DNA of 64,000 nucleotides from Podospora anserina (taxonomy: Eukaryota). Location: NCBI GenBank assembly GCA_017654855.1, contig CM030337.1, forward strand, positions 992,001 to 1,056,000, in the 5' to 3' direction. The notes under the pieces were generated by a model. It saw nothing but the letters and a program-made list of their open reading frames with translations. It was not told where the DNA came from and did no database searches. Positions 48,476 to 61,223 of the stretch are shown here, piece after piece. The position numbers and the translations under genes were made by a program. Each line of letters opens with the position of its first letter. The first letter of the stretch is position 1.

Positions 48476-49915
48476 ATGGCCTCCCGCTTCTCCGCCGCGC
48501 GCCCCAAACGCGCCTCCGAAGCCTTCGCCCGCACCCACCACGGCTCAACCTCCGAATCCTCCTCCAAAAAAGTCCGCTTCGACGTCCGCAACCCCTCCGC
48601 CCTGGCACCCACCGCCGACTCGGACGAATCCGACCAAGAAGAACAAGACCAAACCCTCGCCGCCGACGTAATCGGCTCCTCCACCCGCGCAACAAAACGC
48701 GGAGCAGTAAACATCGACGGCTACGACTCCGACTCTGAAAACGAGCACTTTGAAGCCCGCGCCGAAGCCCGCAGCGACAAGGTCAACCTCGAAGACGCCC
48801 TCGACAATTACAACTCCCAACCCACCACCACCTCTAAACCAGACTCGGACGATGAAATCGACATGTTTGGCACTGCCGACTCAGACACTGAGTCCAAACC
48901 TTCCAACAACCCCTCCAAAAAAAGGGACAAAACTGTCAACTTTTTAGATGTTGACCAGATTGAAGGTCAAGAAGGGGACTCCAAATCAGGCGGTCACATC
49001 ACCCTCAACCCTTCAGCCGAACCCACCCTCTCCGATGACGAAGACGACGAAGAAGAAAACCCCGACACCATCGCCGCCGCCATCGCAGAAGAGGGCCTAG
49101 ACGAGGAAGTCGGCCTGGGGGGCCTAAAAAAACATGCACCCAAGATCGACGCCTTCAACATGCGCGCCGAGCAGGAAGAGGGCGCTTTTGACGAGGCGGG
49201 GAATTTCATCAGGAAGGCTGCTGATGCTGATGCTGTTCATGACCGCTGGCTGGAGGGGGTCAGTAAAAAGGAAATGAAGGCTGCTGCTGCTGCGCATGAG
49301 AAGAGAGAGGAGGGGTTGAGGAAGAGACAAAAGGAGGAGGATAAGATTACGACTGGGGAGTTGATGACGCGGCTTATACTAAAGCTAGAAAAGGGGGAAA
49401 CTGCGCTGGAGGCGTTGGCTAGGCTTAGGAAGGGGCAGAAGAGGGAGAGGAAGGTGCCAAGGTGGAAGTTGGAGAAACAAAAGAAGAAGAAGAATGGGGG
49501 AGGGGGAGGGGATGAGATGGATGTTGATGCTGGTGGGGATAGAAAGGAGAAGGATGCGGAACAGGAGGGGATTAAAGAGGCGATTGGGGATATTGCGGAT
49601 GCGGCGGATAAGTTGATGGGGAGGGAGTACCCGGATATATATGATTATGAAAGGGAGAGGTTGTGCAGGATGTATTATAATGAAACAGGGGAGAGGTGGG
49701 TTGAGCCAGCAACGGAAGAGCAAGAATCACAACCAGCAGAGAAGATGTGGGAGTTTAGGTGGGTGGACGGACGGGATGGGGGAGAAGGGAATATACAAGG
49801 GCCTTTTGACGGCAAGACTATGGAGGCGTGGAGGGAGGCGGGGTATTTTGGGGAGGGGGTTGAGTTTAGAGTCAAGGGGACAGAAGGGTGGATGAGGGTG
49901 GCGGATTTTGTTTAG
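48476..49915 (+). CDS. LIN1: U5 snRNP GYF-domain protein Lin1/Snu40 (CD2BP2)
   Basis: KIDAFNMRAEQEEGAFDEAGNFIR, DRWL, GETALEALARL and C-terminal GYF domain WEFRW...QGPFDGKTMEAWREAGYF. Confidence 0.9.
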   Translation: MASRFSAARPKRASEAFARTHHGSTSESSSKKVRFDVRNPSALAPTADSDESDQEEQDQTLAADVIGSSTRATKRGAVNIDGYDSDSENEHFEARAEARSDKVNLEDALDNYNSQPTTTSKPDSDDEIDMFGTADSDTESKPSNNPSKKRDKTVNFLDVDQIEGQEGDSKSGGHITLNPSAEPTLSDDEDDEEENPDTIAAAIAEEGLDEEVGLGGLKKHAPKIDAFNMRAEQEEGAFDEAGNFIRKAADADAVHDRWLEGVSKKEMKAAAAAHEKREEGLRKRQKEEDKITTGELMTRLILKLEKGETALEALARLRKGQKRERKVPRWKLEKQKKKKNGGGGGDEMDVDAGGDRKEKDAEQEGIKEAIGDIADAADKLMGREYPDIYDYERERLCRMYYNETGERWVEPATEEQESQPAEKMWEFRWVDGRDGGEGNIQGPFDGKTMEAWREAGYFGEGVEFRVKGTEGWMRVADFV

Positions 49916-50205
49916 CATTGCATCGATTTTTTGATTTTTGGGAAGCAAAAAAAGGGACGTAAAAGGAGTTTTCAGCGATACCCAAGTATGTAGTAATTCG
50001 TAATTTGAACACATTAACAGCCCTTGGTGCACCACCATGGCAGTGATGCTCGGTTTGGTCTCTCAAAGCAATCTATTTCATTACAGTTACAATCCATGAT
50101 CTGCCTCCCCATGTAAACAAACACAGCAATTCTCTTTTTATCCCCTATCCCGTAACGCCTACGCAAAAATTCCCATAGACAGCAAGCATACACATTTCCC
50201 CTCTA

Positions 50206-51795
<1,590 letters not shown>

Positions 51796-53296
51796 TGTGC
51801 GCTTGTTGCAAATGACTTTGGAGAAGATGTTAGATTTTTGCCGTTCGAGGAAGCTGGTATGAACGCGCCAACGCTTCTTGGAATCGCGAGGCTGATGAGA
51901 TTCGACTGATTACTGATTAGAGTTATCGCGTCTTGGCGCTGTGCACATATCGGGGCAAGGTATGCATCAACTGAACAGATGCCAAGAACCAAGATTAAGG
52001 CTTGCTGCTCCCAATTCCGACTTCCGACAGTTCAGCAGTCCAGGGTACCCCGCTTTGGGTATTAATCGCTGTAGGTAAAATGAATGCTACGCTATTAAAG
52101 TCTAGGGCTGTTGCTACAGTGGCGCGCGAATTTCACTGCCTACTGTTCTCGACCGCGTCGCGGGCATCCATCAGGCGACTTGAAATACAAAAGACCATTC
52201 GCTCAGCGCCGTGTGGCAGAGAATAGAGACGGGCCGAGCGAGGTCGGTGCCTGTTTGAATATCTACACTACACAATATTTTTGTTGCCTTCCGATGTCCG
52301 TTTCCCATCAGCCGCCCGTCGAAGAAAAAATAGCGGACAACCTGACCTGGATTTTTCTTTCTTTTTCGAATCAACAACGCGTTTCCTCGAGTAAGTAGGA
52401 CTGTGCGTGAGCAAACTCTCTACACATTGCTTCTTCTCTCCTGACAAGGACCCCCCGCAGAAGAGCGCAGCTGCCATTGGAACATGCCTCTTAGCGCCTA
52501 CCCGTTTGCTGGGGGTGTGCTTGGCTCTCAATGATAAAACCTTGGAGCTCAAAGTTTATAAATCTTCCAATCTCCAGCTCACCACCGCGTTGATTCCCTG
52601 TTTATTTTTGCTTGCTTTCTATTTTACATGCATGCCCTGGTGCTGCTGGATCTCTGTTAACACTGCTCGCTTTGTTATTAGCAAGCCCCGCGCCGTTCAA
52701 CCGTGACGCATTGTACTTGCACGACCTTCGAAGCTCGGAATTCCCCCGCGCCACTCGTTCGGCCCTCAGCCACTGACTGCTCCAGTAAGTGTAAACTTCT
52801 CTCCATATCTCTTAGCCCGCGCGCCATGGGCACACAAACCGACATCCTTGAGGCCAACGTACCTTGTGCTCCTCATACAACACTCGTGTACATCCTGGAC
52901 CAGAAGTAGAGTTGATAGACTTATCCTACCTACTCTTCCAGATCCATGCACTTCGTGAGCCACCTTCATGTTTCGGCTCGCTGCATGGCTGTTGACTTCT
53001 CTTATGGCTATCAACTGCTAGACAGGTCAATTTTCTTCTACTTGCCGACGCCATCTAGACTTGGAAAACCATCCTTGGGTTTCTTGAGTTAATGTGGTAA
53101 ACCTTGCGATTTGTCTTGGGCGTGTGAATATATTCTCGATGTATTCGAATAGTTGCTAACATGATTTTACAGAACCCCTGGCTGTGGTTGAGTTGCTGCC
53201 GCACCATCAGTCACAAAATCATAAAGTCGACAGATAGGAGACGTCCCAGCAACTCTGTGCTTGCCGCCTCGGCCCAGTCCGGGTCGCTGCTCCAAC

Positions 53297-55823
53297 ATGT
53301 CTTCCGACCGTCGGGCGTCTGGGGCACTCCCAAGCCGCCGTGGTCTCGACGAGAGATGGGACTCGTGGGGCTCACGGGATGTTCGTCGGGACGATTACTC
53401 CACTCGTGAGTCGAGAGACGATTATTATCGTTCAGGAGATCGAGAACGCGAAAGAGAGCGGGAACGAGAGCGGGAACGTGACCGGGAGCGGGACCGAGAT
53501 AGGGAGCGGGACCGAGACCGAGATCGTGACCGTGACCGTGACCGTGATAAGGACCGTGATCGTGATTGTGACCGTCAAAAGTTGTCATCACATCATGTAG
53601 CATCACTAGTTGCTTCTGTCGACTCGGACCCCGTTAGTGGCGGAGCTCGTCAGGACTGTAGTGCCGCCACAGGAACACGTAAGTACTCCCGTGGATATAT
53701 ACGGACTGTCTCTAACGATTGCATTTGTTCTAGCAACTCGCCAGCTAGACGTGTCCACAAAAGGTGCTGACGGGGTTGAGGAGGCTTTGAAGCACCTCGC
53801 AGCCATGCTAGCGGAGAAAACACGCTTCAAACTGCACCTGGAATTGCTTAAGAAAAGCCAGGCGCAGAGGAACAAGGAGTACGAGAAAGCCAAGCGGAAT
53901 GCCGCTTCCTTTGCTTCGGTGCCAGACTTGCAGAAGGAATATCGGGACAAGAGTGACAAGGAAATCAAGGACGTGGAGCATCATCTCAGGAAGCTGCACT
54001 CAATGGAGCAGAACGCAATTACTTTCTTCATTAATTGTTTAACCTCCTTTCCGAACCAGACAGGCTTGCAAGCCCACGCGCTAGCCCAATCTCAAGCATC
54101 GACTGAAGAATTCGAGGCGGCGCTGGCAGCCTTGACCAAGACTGTTGAGCAACAACAAGAAAGCCTGAAGAGGCAGGAGGAAGGCTGGAAAGAGCATGGC
54201 GAAGCCGTTGCAAACCAAATCGCACAGGCTGAGGAGAATCTCAAGAGTCGTGACGAAACGACCAAGGACATGTTCGCCAAACTCGAGGCGAAGTTTGAGG
54301 CGAGGTTTCAGCAGTTGGAAGAAGGGAAAAAGCAAGAGCTGGAAGCCCAGAATCGGAAGTTCGAGGAGGTGCAGGCGAAATCCCAGGCCATGGAAATTGC
54401 CTTCAGTAACCTCAGTCAAAAGTGCCAAACCTTGGAGCAGGCTCTTTCCAGACAGGCCAAGACCTTGGAGGAATCGGCGCAGATTGTTGCGTCCCACACA
54501 AAGATTCTCGATGACCACTCGAACAGCCTAGCCGAGCATTCGGGCGAATTCAACACCCACTCTGAAAAACTCGCTGCACACACCCAAACCCTTACCGCAC
54601 AAGAAGGAGCCCTTTCGCAGCAAAGGCAGGCCCTCGCTCAACAGTCTGAAGCGCAGGCTAACCAAAGCCAAGAGCTTGCAAATCAAGTCCAAAAACTCGA
54701 CACTGTTGCCGAATCGTGGCGCAACGAGTTGGACATGAGGCTTGTCACCATCACTAATACGTGGCAGCACCAGCTTGAGAGAAGGCTTGAAAAGTCCAAC
54801 GCCTCTCTACTACACCAGCAGAATCTCACAGGCGACATGTTTGATATTCGTACAGGATTGATGACAGTGATTGATAAGGTGAATAAGATGGAGACGCGGT
54901 TTTCCGGTATCGATGACACGTTGGGGTCAGTGGGCAATAAGACCAACAAGATGGAGGAGCGACTTTCCAACATTGATGTGGACACGCTGGATGCTATGGG
55001 CGACATTACTGTCCAGTTCCCCAACCTTGAGGAGAAGGTTAAAGGTTTGGAGGGGAATGTGAAAGCGCTTGAAGGCAACGTCAAGAACTTGCAAACAGAA
55101 GTCAGCAAAGTTCAACGACAACGATTCGAATCACCGACCATGGTGACGACGCCGACAAATGTCGAAGCGCCACTGGCAGGTTCTGCTGGGGTATCCAAGC
55201 AAGTCTTCTCGGCGACCATGCAGGCCATTACGGCCAAGTTTGGCGATTTGATCAATGCAGTTAAAAACGACTTCACGGCACTGGAAGACCGGGTGCAGTC
55301 GCTCGAAGCCAAGGCGCCCCTTAAGCAGGAGACTCTTGACAATCCGGATATGCGGTCTGACATTGCCCGACTAGACCTGGCCTTGACCAACCTGAGGTCG
55401 GAGGCGACACACAACAAAGTCCAGATCAACAGTCTGACCGAGACTGCCAATAAGCTGGCCAAGAATCACCAAGTGGTCGAGGACACTTTGAAGAGCAACA
55501 TCGGTTCTTTGACTATGAGTATAAGCACCCTGGATGACCGCTTCAACAACCTGACCACCAAGAGCCTCTTTGACCACATGGTTTCGTACATCTCGACGCT
55601 CTACCCAGAGCCGGCTCAAATCAAGACGGATATTCGTCACCTCTTTGACCTGGTCAAGACGCTGCAGGCAGGCTTGCAGGACTGCCAGGGCAAGGTTGAA
55701 AAGGTGGACGACATGGCGAAGGCGTTGGATTCGGATTACCACACAAATGTGAAGAAACGGAGGATTGATTCAAGCCCTAATATGGCGGGGCTGAACGGAG
55801 TTCCGAAGGGCGTTGCCTCCTAG
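53297..55823 (+). CDS. Uncharacterised protein: N-terminal (RE/RD)n tract, long coiled coil, C-terminal basic NLS-like motif
   Basis: Exon 1 (MSSDRR...RERERERDRDRD...AATGT) joins through intron 53679-53733 (GTAAGT...CTAAC...TAG) in frame to the heptad-rich ORF ending ...NVKKRRIDSSP...VAS. Confidence 0.8.
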
Positions 55824-58354
55824 GTGCCTGAGCAACCCGGGGGAGGAGACCTGGGCCAAGGTGTACGACAAAGCGCTGCCATGCCGGCTATATGGTCAGT
55901 AACAAGATGGCCATTTGGAATTTAGGGGCAAGATTCTACGAGAAGAGAGCCTTGATTACTTGGCCTGTGTTTGCTCGGTGTGGTTGGAGAGTCTACAACT
56001 ACCCCACGGGAGGGAGTGTGCATTTCTACGATTCTGCGCATTTCTTGTTTCTTCACAGCGTTGGGTTTTCCATATTTATGCCCTTGACTTTTCGGTCACC
56101 CCGAGACTTTTGGTATGATTTACCAGCACGGCGTTATGGTTCGTTGAATGTTTTGGGGGGGGAAGGAAGGGCAAAGGACAAAGGCATGGTGTGCCAGTGA
56201 CTACCTGGCACACATAAACGCTTTGCTCACGTACATACGTTGGAACCACTCATGTATTTTTTTGCATCGCATTGCTGTTATGATTTACAGCATGGCGTCT
56301 TGGTTTTGGGGTTGACAAGCTGTCTTTAAATTGCGTTGCGAAGACTAGCGGGAGGCAGGAAGGGAAGGAAAAGGGAAAGAAGCCTTGTGTTATAATGGAG
56401 CCTCGTTGATTTTATCATCGACATCATGTTCGACCACGAACAACAGACGTTACATTCGTCAGTGGCATATTCTTATTTCTATCAATAACACCGACAGGCA
56501 GCAGGTTATGGCATCTGAAGTTGGTTAAGGAAGGAGGAAGGCGAGGTCAAGGGAAGCGAGGAGTTTTGTATTTTTGGTGGTGACGTCTCACCTTAGATGT
56601 AAAATGGGCAGATTAAGCTGCCTGACAAGTGACATATATGTGTTGCGGGCTAATTGTTAGATTTACTAAATCAAACATTGTAATGTGTGTATCTGTGTTT
56701 GATTTTGGTTTGTCTAAATGTGAGCAGTCTATGAAGGGAAACAGAGCCTTGCCAGGAACTGGAGTACCTAGGGGTGAGACAGATCACGTCAGCTGTCATA
56801 CTTAAGCTTTGGGCTCCGGCGGCTTGGTTAAGAGGGATGCAGAAAGTCAAAACTGGGCACGTCTTTTTTTTTTGGGGGGGGGGCAGCTGATGCCAAGACT
56901 TGTGTGTTATTTTCCCGGTTTGAATCTGTTGGATGAGATCGGACCAAGTGCCGGGTGCTGGGCTGGCGCTAGGCCGAGATGGTTTGTTTCTTCCAAACCG
57001 AGTGACTGTTTATCTGTCTACTCCGTACCTAGGAAGAATGGGAAGAGTGATGGATGGGGGTGTACCTGTGACGATGAGAAGAACAGACGGGAACATGTCC
57101 TAGGTGTAAATTAAAAAGTCCCCAGCGCAAAAAGAGCCAAGAACTCTGCAGACAGCTTCAGGTCGACCCGCCCGTAAAACAGAGCTGGAGCACACCACTG
57201 ACACTTCCCTGTCACCCTGTTCGCTGCCCCCGGTCCCCGGCGACTCCACTGTTCGCGCACCGCTGCCCGCCCGCGGGAATCCACCCTCGGCTTCCCACTG
57301 TCCACTGCCTGCACTGTCCGTTGTCCGCTGCCCACACCCACAGCAACACCCACGCCCACACCATCCTCAACATCACCACGTCCGGACCGCACGATACCAT
57401 CTCCGATTTTCCCACATTCGAGCCGGCTCGTGATCACGCTCGACCCCCGATTCCACTTCCCATACCTACCGCGCCCGTTCGATTGACCAGCCCGTTGCCC
57501 TGTCGCCATCATATGCGGGCAACATCACGACCAACCTACCGTCTTTTCGAGAGATGTGCTCGTGTCTGAGCCGCGAAGATAAGGTCGCTTCTCGGAGGCT
57601 GGGATAAACTCGGAGGACAACCACCGATTTCGACATCGCGAGGCGGTATTATTTTCTTCTGTCACGGACTGACGCCAGAGAGGCCTTGTCGCTACCGCCG
57701 AGCTTGTTGACGGGAACTTTTGGTACGTGTGTTGGCACATTCTGTCTGCCCGTTGGGGAAACCTTGATGCGAAAAGACCCAATTGCCCCGTAGAGTGAGA
57801 CCCGAATCTCTGATTCAACTCGAAAGGGGGGCAATATTATTATTATTATTTTTGATCTCTTTGCGGGAAGCGCGCCGGGGGAAAAGAGGTTATCGAAGAC
57901 AGACACGGGACCATACTGACTGACGGGTCGCGACCTGGCAGACAATTTGCGCGCGCGCGCACGAGCTTTCTTCGTTTCTAGTTGCTTTGCGCACCACCCT
58001 CCAAGCAGAGCTTGACATTGTGTTGTTCTTCTTCTTCGGTTGCTTGCGTGCAGTTATTCGGTTGGCATCCTCAGGTTCCTTCCAAAGCTTCCGCAGACTA
58101 CGGTCCAGCAGTTTAAACAGCAAACCTGCCTTTTGGGCCGCGGAAAGTTTGGGTTTCCACCTCCAACACCACCAAGCAAAGGTCCGGATTCTTCCCCATC
58201 ATCGAACACGCACCGCACCAACATCCGCATCCTCCACTTTTTGTGCGGCAACGAGAGAAGAGAAAAGGCACCGCCAACGAGACGTCACCAACTAGAGAAA
58301 CGAGCTACACGACCGACCGCACCACTAAGATACGAGCGCCCAAATGTCCCAACA

Positions 58355-61223
58355 ATGAAGAGAACGATGGATGGAGCGAAGAAGAATGCAGAAGATCTCG
58401 TGGCCCAGCATATTCTTCCCAACTGCCCGTACCATCTCTCGTTGTACCACAACCGCCAGTACCCCAAGGCTGAGGAGTGGTGGTTTAACGGCCCCAGCGC
58501 CCGCCTGCAGTACCAGACCTTCTCGTCCGATGCCGAGCGTGGGTTTTTGTATACTGTACCGCCGTGGGTCATTGTCGAGGAGGAGCAGGCCGCTCAGATG
58601 CCGCCCAGACCGGTCCCCAAGACGGGCGAGAGGAAGAAGATAACGCTTTCCGAGGCGTTGAAGAGGAAGCAGTCGCCCATGTCGCCCATGGGGAATAATA
58701 GTAGTAGTGAGACGCCGGTTAGATCGGAGAGCCGGGTGGCGAATGGGAGTGGTGCTCACAAGCCGCCACCACCGCCGCCATCGAGGGAGAGAGGGAGAGG
58801 GAGAGGGAGAGGGAGAGGGAGAGGGAGAGGGAGAGGGAGAGGGAGAGGGAGAGGAGAGGGAGAGGGGAGAGGAGAGGGAGAGGGAGAGGGAGAGGGAGAG
58901 GGAGAGGGAGAGGGAGAGGGAGAGGGAGAGGGAGAGGGAGAGGGAAAGGGAGAGGGAGGTTGTGGTGAAGAAGGAGAGTTTGAAGCCAGTGGAGAGGTCG
59001 GATGCGCGTCGGGTGGTTTCCAAGACAGATTCCCGGCCGGATTCCCGGGTGGAAAGGCCACCACGGCCAGAGGTGAATGGGGACAGGTACGAATTGAGAG
59101 GGAAGAGGTCGCTGTGGTGGCCGTCCATGCTAACAAAGACGACAGAAGTAAACATCCCCCACCGCCACGGTCGCAGCCCGAACCCGAGAGCAGAAAACGT
59201 GTCGCGGATACTGAATCGAGCTTGCCCCCACAAAAGCGACCCAGGAGCGAGCAGGTCAGCACCTCGAAGCTCGACCGCGAATATGGCCGGCAGCCAAAAC
59301 CGGAACCACCACGGGGTCGCGACAGAGGGGTTCCTGAGAGAACACAAAGAGAGCGAGACACAAAGAATGATTCACTGCGTCCGACCACGAATGGCTTGGC
59401 GCCTGCGTCGACGGACAGGGACAGAGAAAATACTGCGTCTCCGAGATCAACAATACAAGTTAATGGGTCGAGAGTCCGGCCAGATAGCGGCAGATCCACT
59501 CCTCGAAAAGGAGAAGGGTTGACGAAGTCGTTGTTGCCCGAGTTATTATCACCACTTCACCCAAGTCTGGAGGCCGAGCTCGAGGAGCACAGGCCGAGGA
59601 GAAAGCTGGCGGACAAGGCGCCACCGCGATCACAAAAGGCGGACGGGGGCCCGCCGCCGGCGAAGAAGAGGAAACCACCTGTGCTGCCGGAGCTTTTGTC
59701 GCCGACGCTGCCCGCGATTGTGGAGGAGGCTTTGATACAGAGCAACCAAACGCCGGCCAGAAATCAGTCGGGGAGTCAGTCAGAATCGTCTCCTAGCAGC
59801 GCAAGAAAGACCATCATTGCGGCCCCGTTGATATCACTCCCCCCACCGGCAGAGGAGAAGCCGCCCCCGCGACCCAGCAGGATCGTGACCCTGAAGCTGA
59901 AGAAGGCCAACGCCAAGCGGGCCAAGGACTTGTTGAGTCTGCCGTCGAAATCGGCAAAGGACGCCCTCAAGAAGGAGCGGTCGATCAGTGTGGAAGCAAC
60001 GCCGCCGCCAGCGAGAAAACGGCCTCGGCCGGCGGATGAGATTGAGCAGCCCCCCGCTCCTCCGCCGGTCATACCACCCAAGTCCCGGGGTGTCAAGGCG
60101 GAGCTCATGAAGAATAACCATAACAGTCCGTCGACTCCGTTGAGGGTGCCGCCGCAGGTTGGTAGTGCTTCCCAACCTACACCCCTCCGCCCCAACTCGA
60201 CAACCCCGTTGAAACACAGCATCACGGCGGCAGTGTCTGGGAGTGCCGAGGCGGTCACTGCTGCTGCTCGCCCCCCCACGAGGGATGTCGCACCCCTCGA
60301 CCCGAAAACAATCGAAAAGTCGGAGCACCACCGGAAAATCCACCAGGAGCTTGTGGCTTTGGGGACAAAGATCAAGCACACGCGGGATGACCTTTCCAAG
60401 TCTAGTCATGGAAACCCCTCCCCCGCAGAAGAGAAACGGCTCTCTGCCCTCCACCTCGAGATGGTCCTAACATATTTCCTCGCCTTTTACAACCTGAATT
60501 TGTCGAGGACGTTGGCGGGGAAGTCGGGGGATATCCAGATGTGGGAGTCGCTGCTGCCGCATATTGCGGAATTGAGGGGGAGACAGGGGGTGAGACAGAG
60601 TAGGTGTTTGAAGGCGTTGGCTTGCCAGCTGCATGCGAGTTGTTTGGATCAGATTGTGCACGCGTATTTCATGCTTGATGAGGGGAGCGCGGGGGTGTGG
60701 TTTAGGCGGGTTGGCGGGGTGGTGCAGAAAGGGGGGAGGATGTGGGCTGAGGCGGAGGGGTTGGTTAGTTTGGTGGGGGAGGGGACGGGGTTGAGGATGA
60801 GGGGGGGTTATGGGGATGGGGGTTGAGGAGGTTGTTAGGGAGGCGTTGGTGGTTATGAGGAGGTGGGCGAAGGGGGAGGGGGTGGAGTGGGTTGGTGAGG
60901 GGGTGGGGAGGTGGGTTGGGGAGGGGGTGAAGGAGGATGGGGGGGGTGGTGGGCGGGAGAGGGGTGGTGGTGGGAGGGAAAGGGAGAAAGATGATGGGAG
61001 AGACAGACACGGTGGAAGAGATCCCCCGCCGAGAGAACATCGTGATCGGGATCGAGAACGGGGAGGCGGGAGGGATAGAGATCGGGATAAAGACCGAGAT
61101 CGGGACCACCCTCCGCGTGAGAGAGAAAGGGATGGCCCACCAAGTCACCGTGACAGGGATATGTTGCGGGATCGAGACCGTGACAGAGGAGGAGGACGGA
61201 ACTCGGAGCGGGCGGGGAGATGA
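58355..61223 (+). CDS. Probable Ebp1/AF4-family (AFF C-terminal homology domain-like) elongation factor; two apparent frameshifts in this sequence
   Basis: Long Pro/Arg-rich disordered region with repeated LPELLSP motifs, then a helical domain GTKIKH...LHLEMVLTYFLAF...WESLLP...LKALACQL and, in another frame, VREALVVMRRWAKGEGVEW. Intron 59087-59145. The family call is from motif recall, not a search. Confidence 0.62.
58784..58958. repeat. Coding (AGGGAG)n hexamer tract (~29 units) with four length-variant units
   Basis: Extra AG at ~58790, AGGAG at 58852, AGGGGAG at 58863 and AGGAG at 58870. Confidence 0.92.

Noticed and set aside
58325..59499. Minus-strand ORFs with (SL)n, (SP)n and (PL)n
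   Set aside because: Translations of the reverse complement of the AGGGAG tract.
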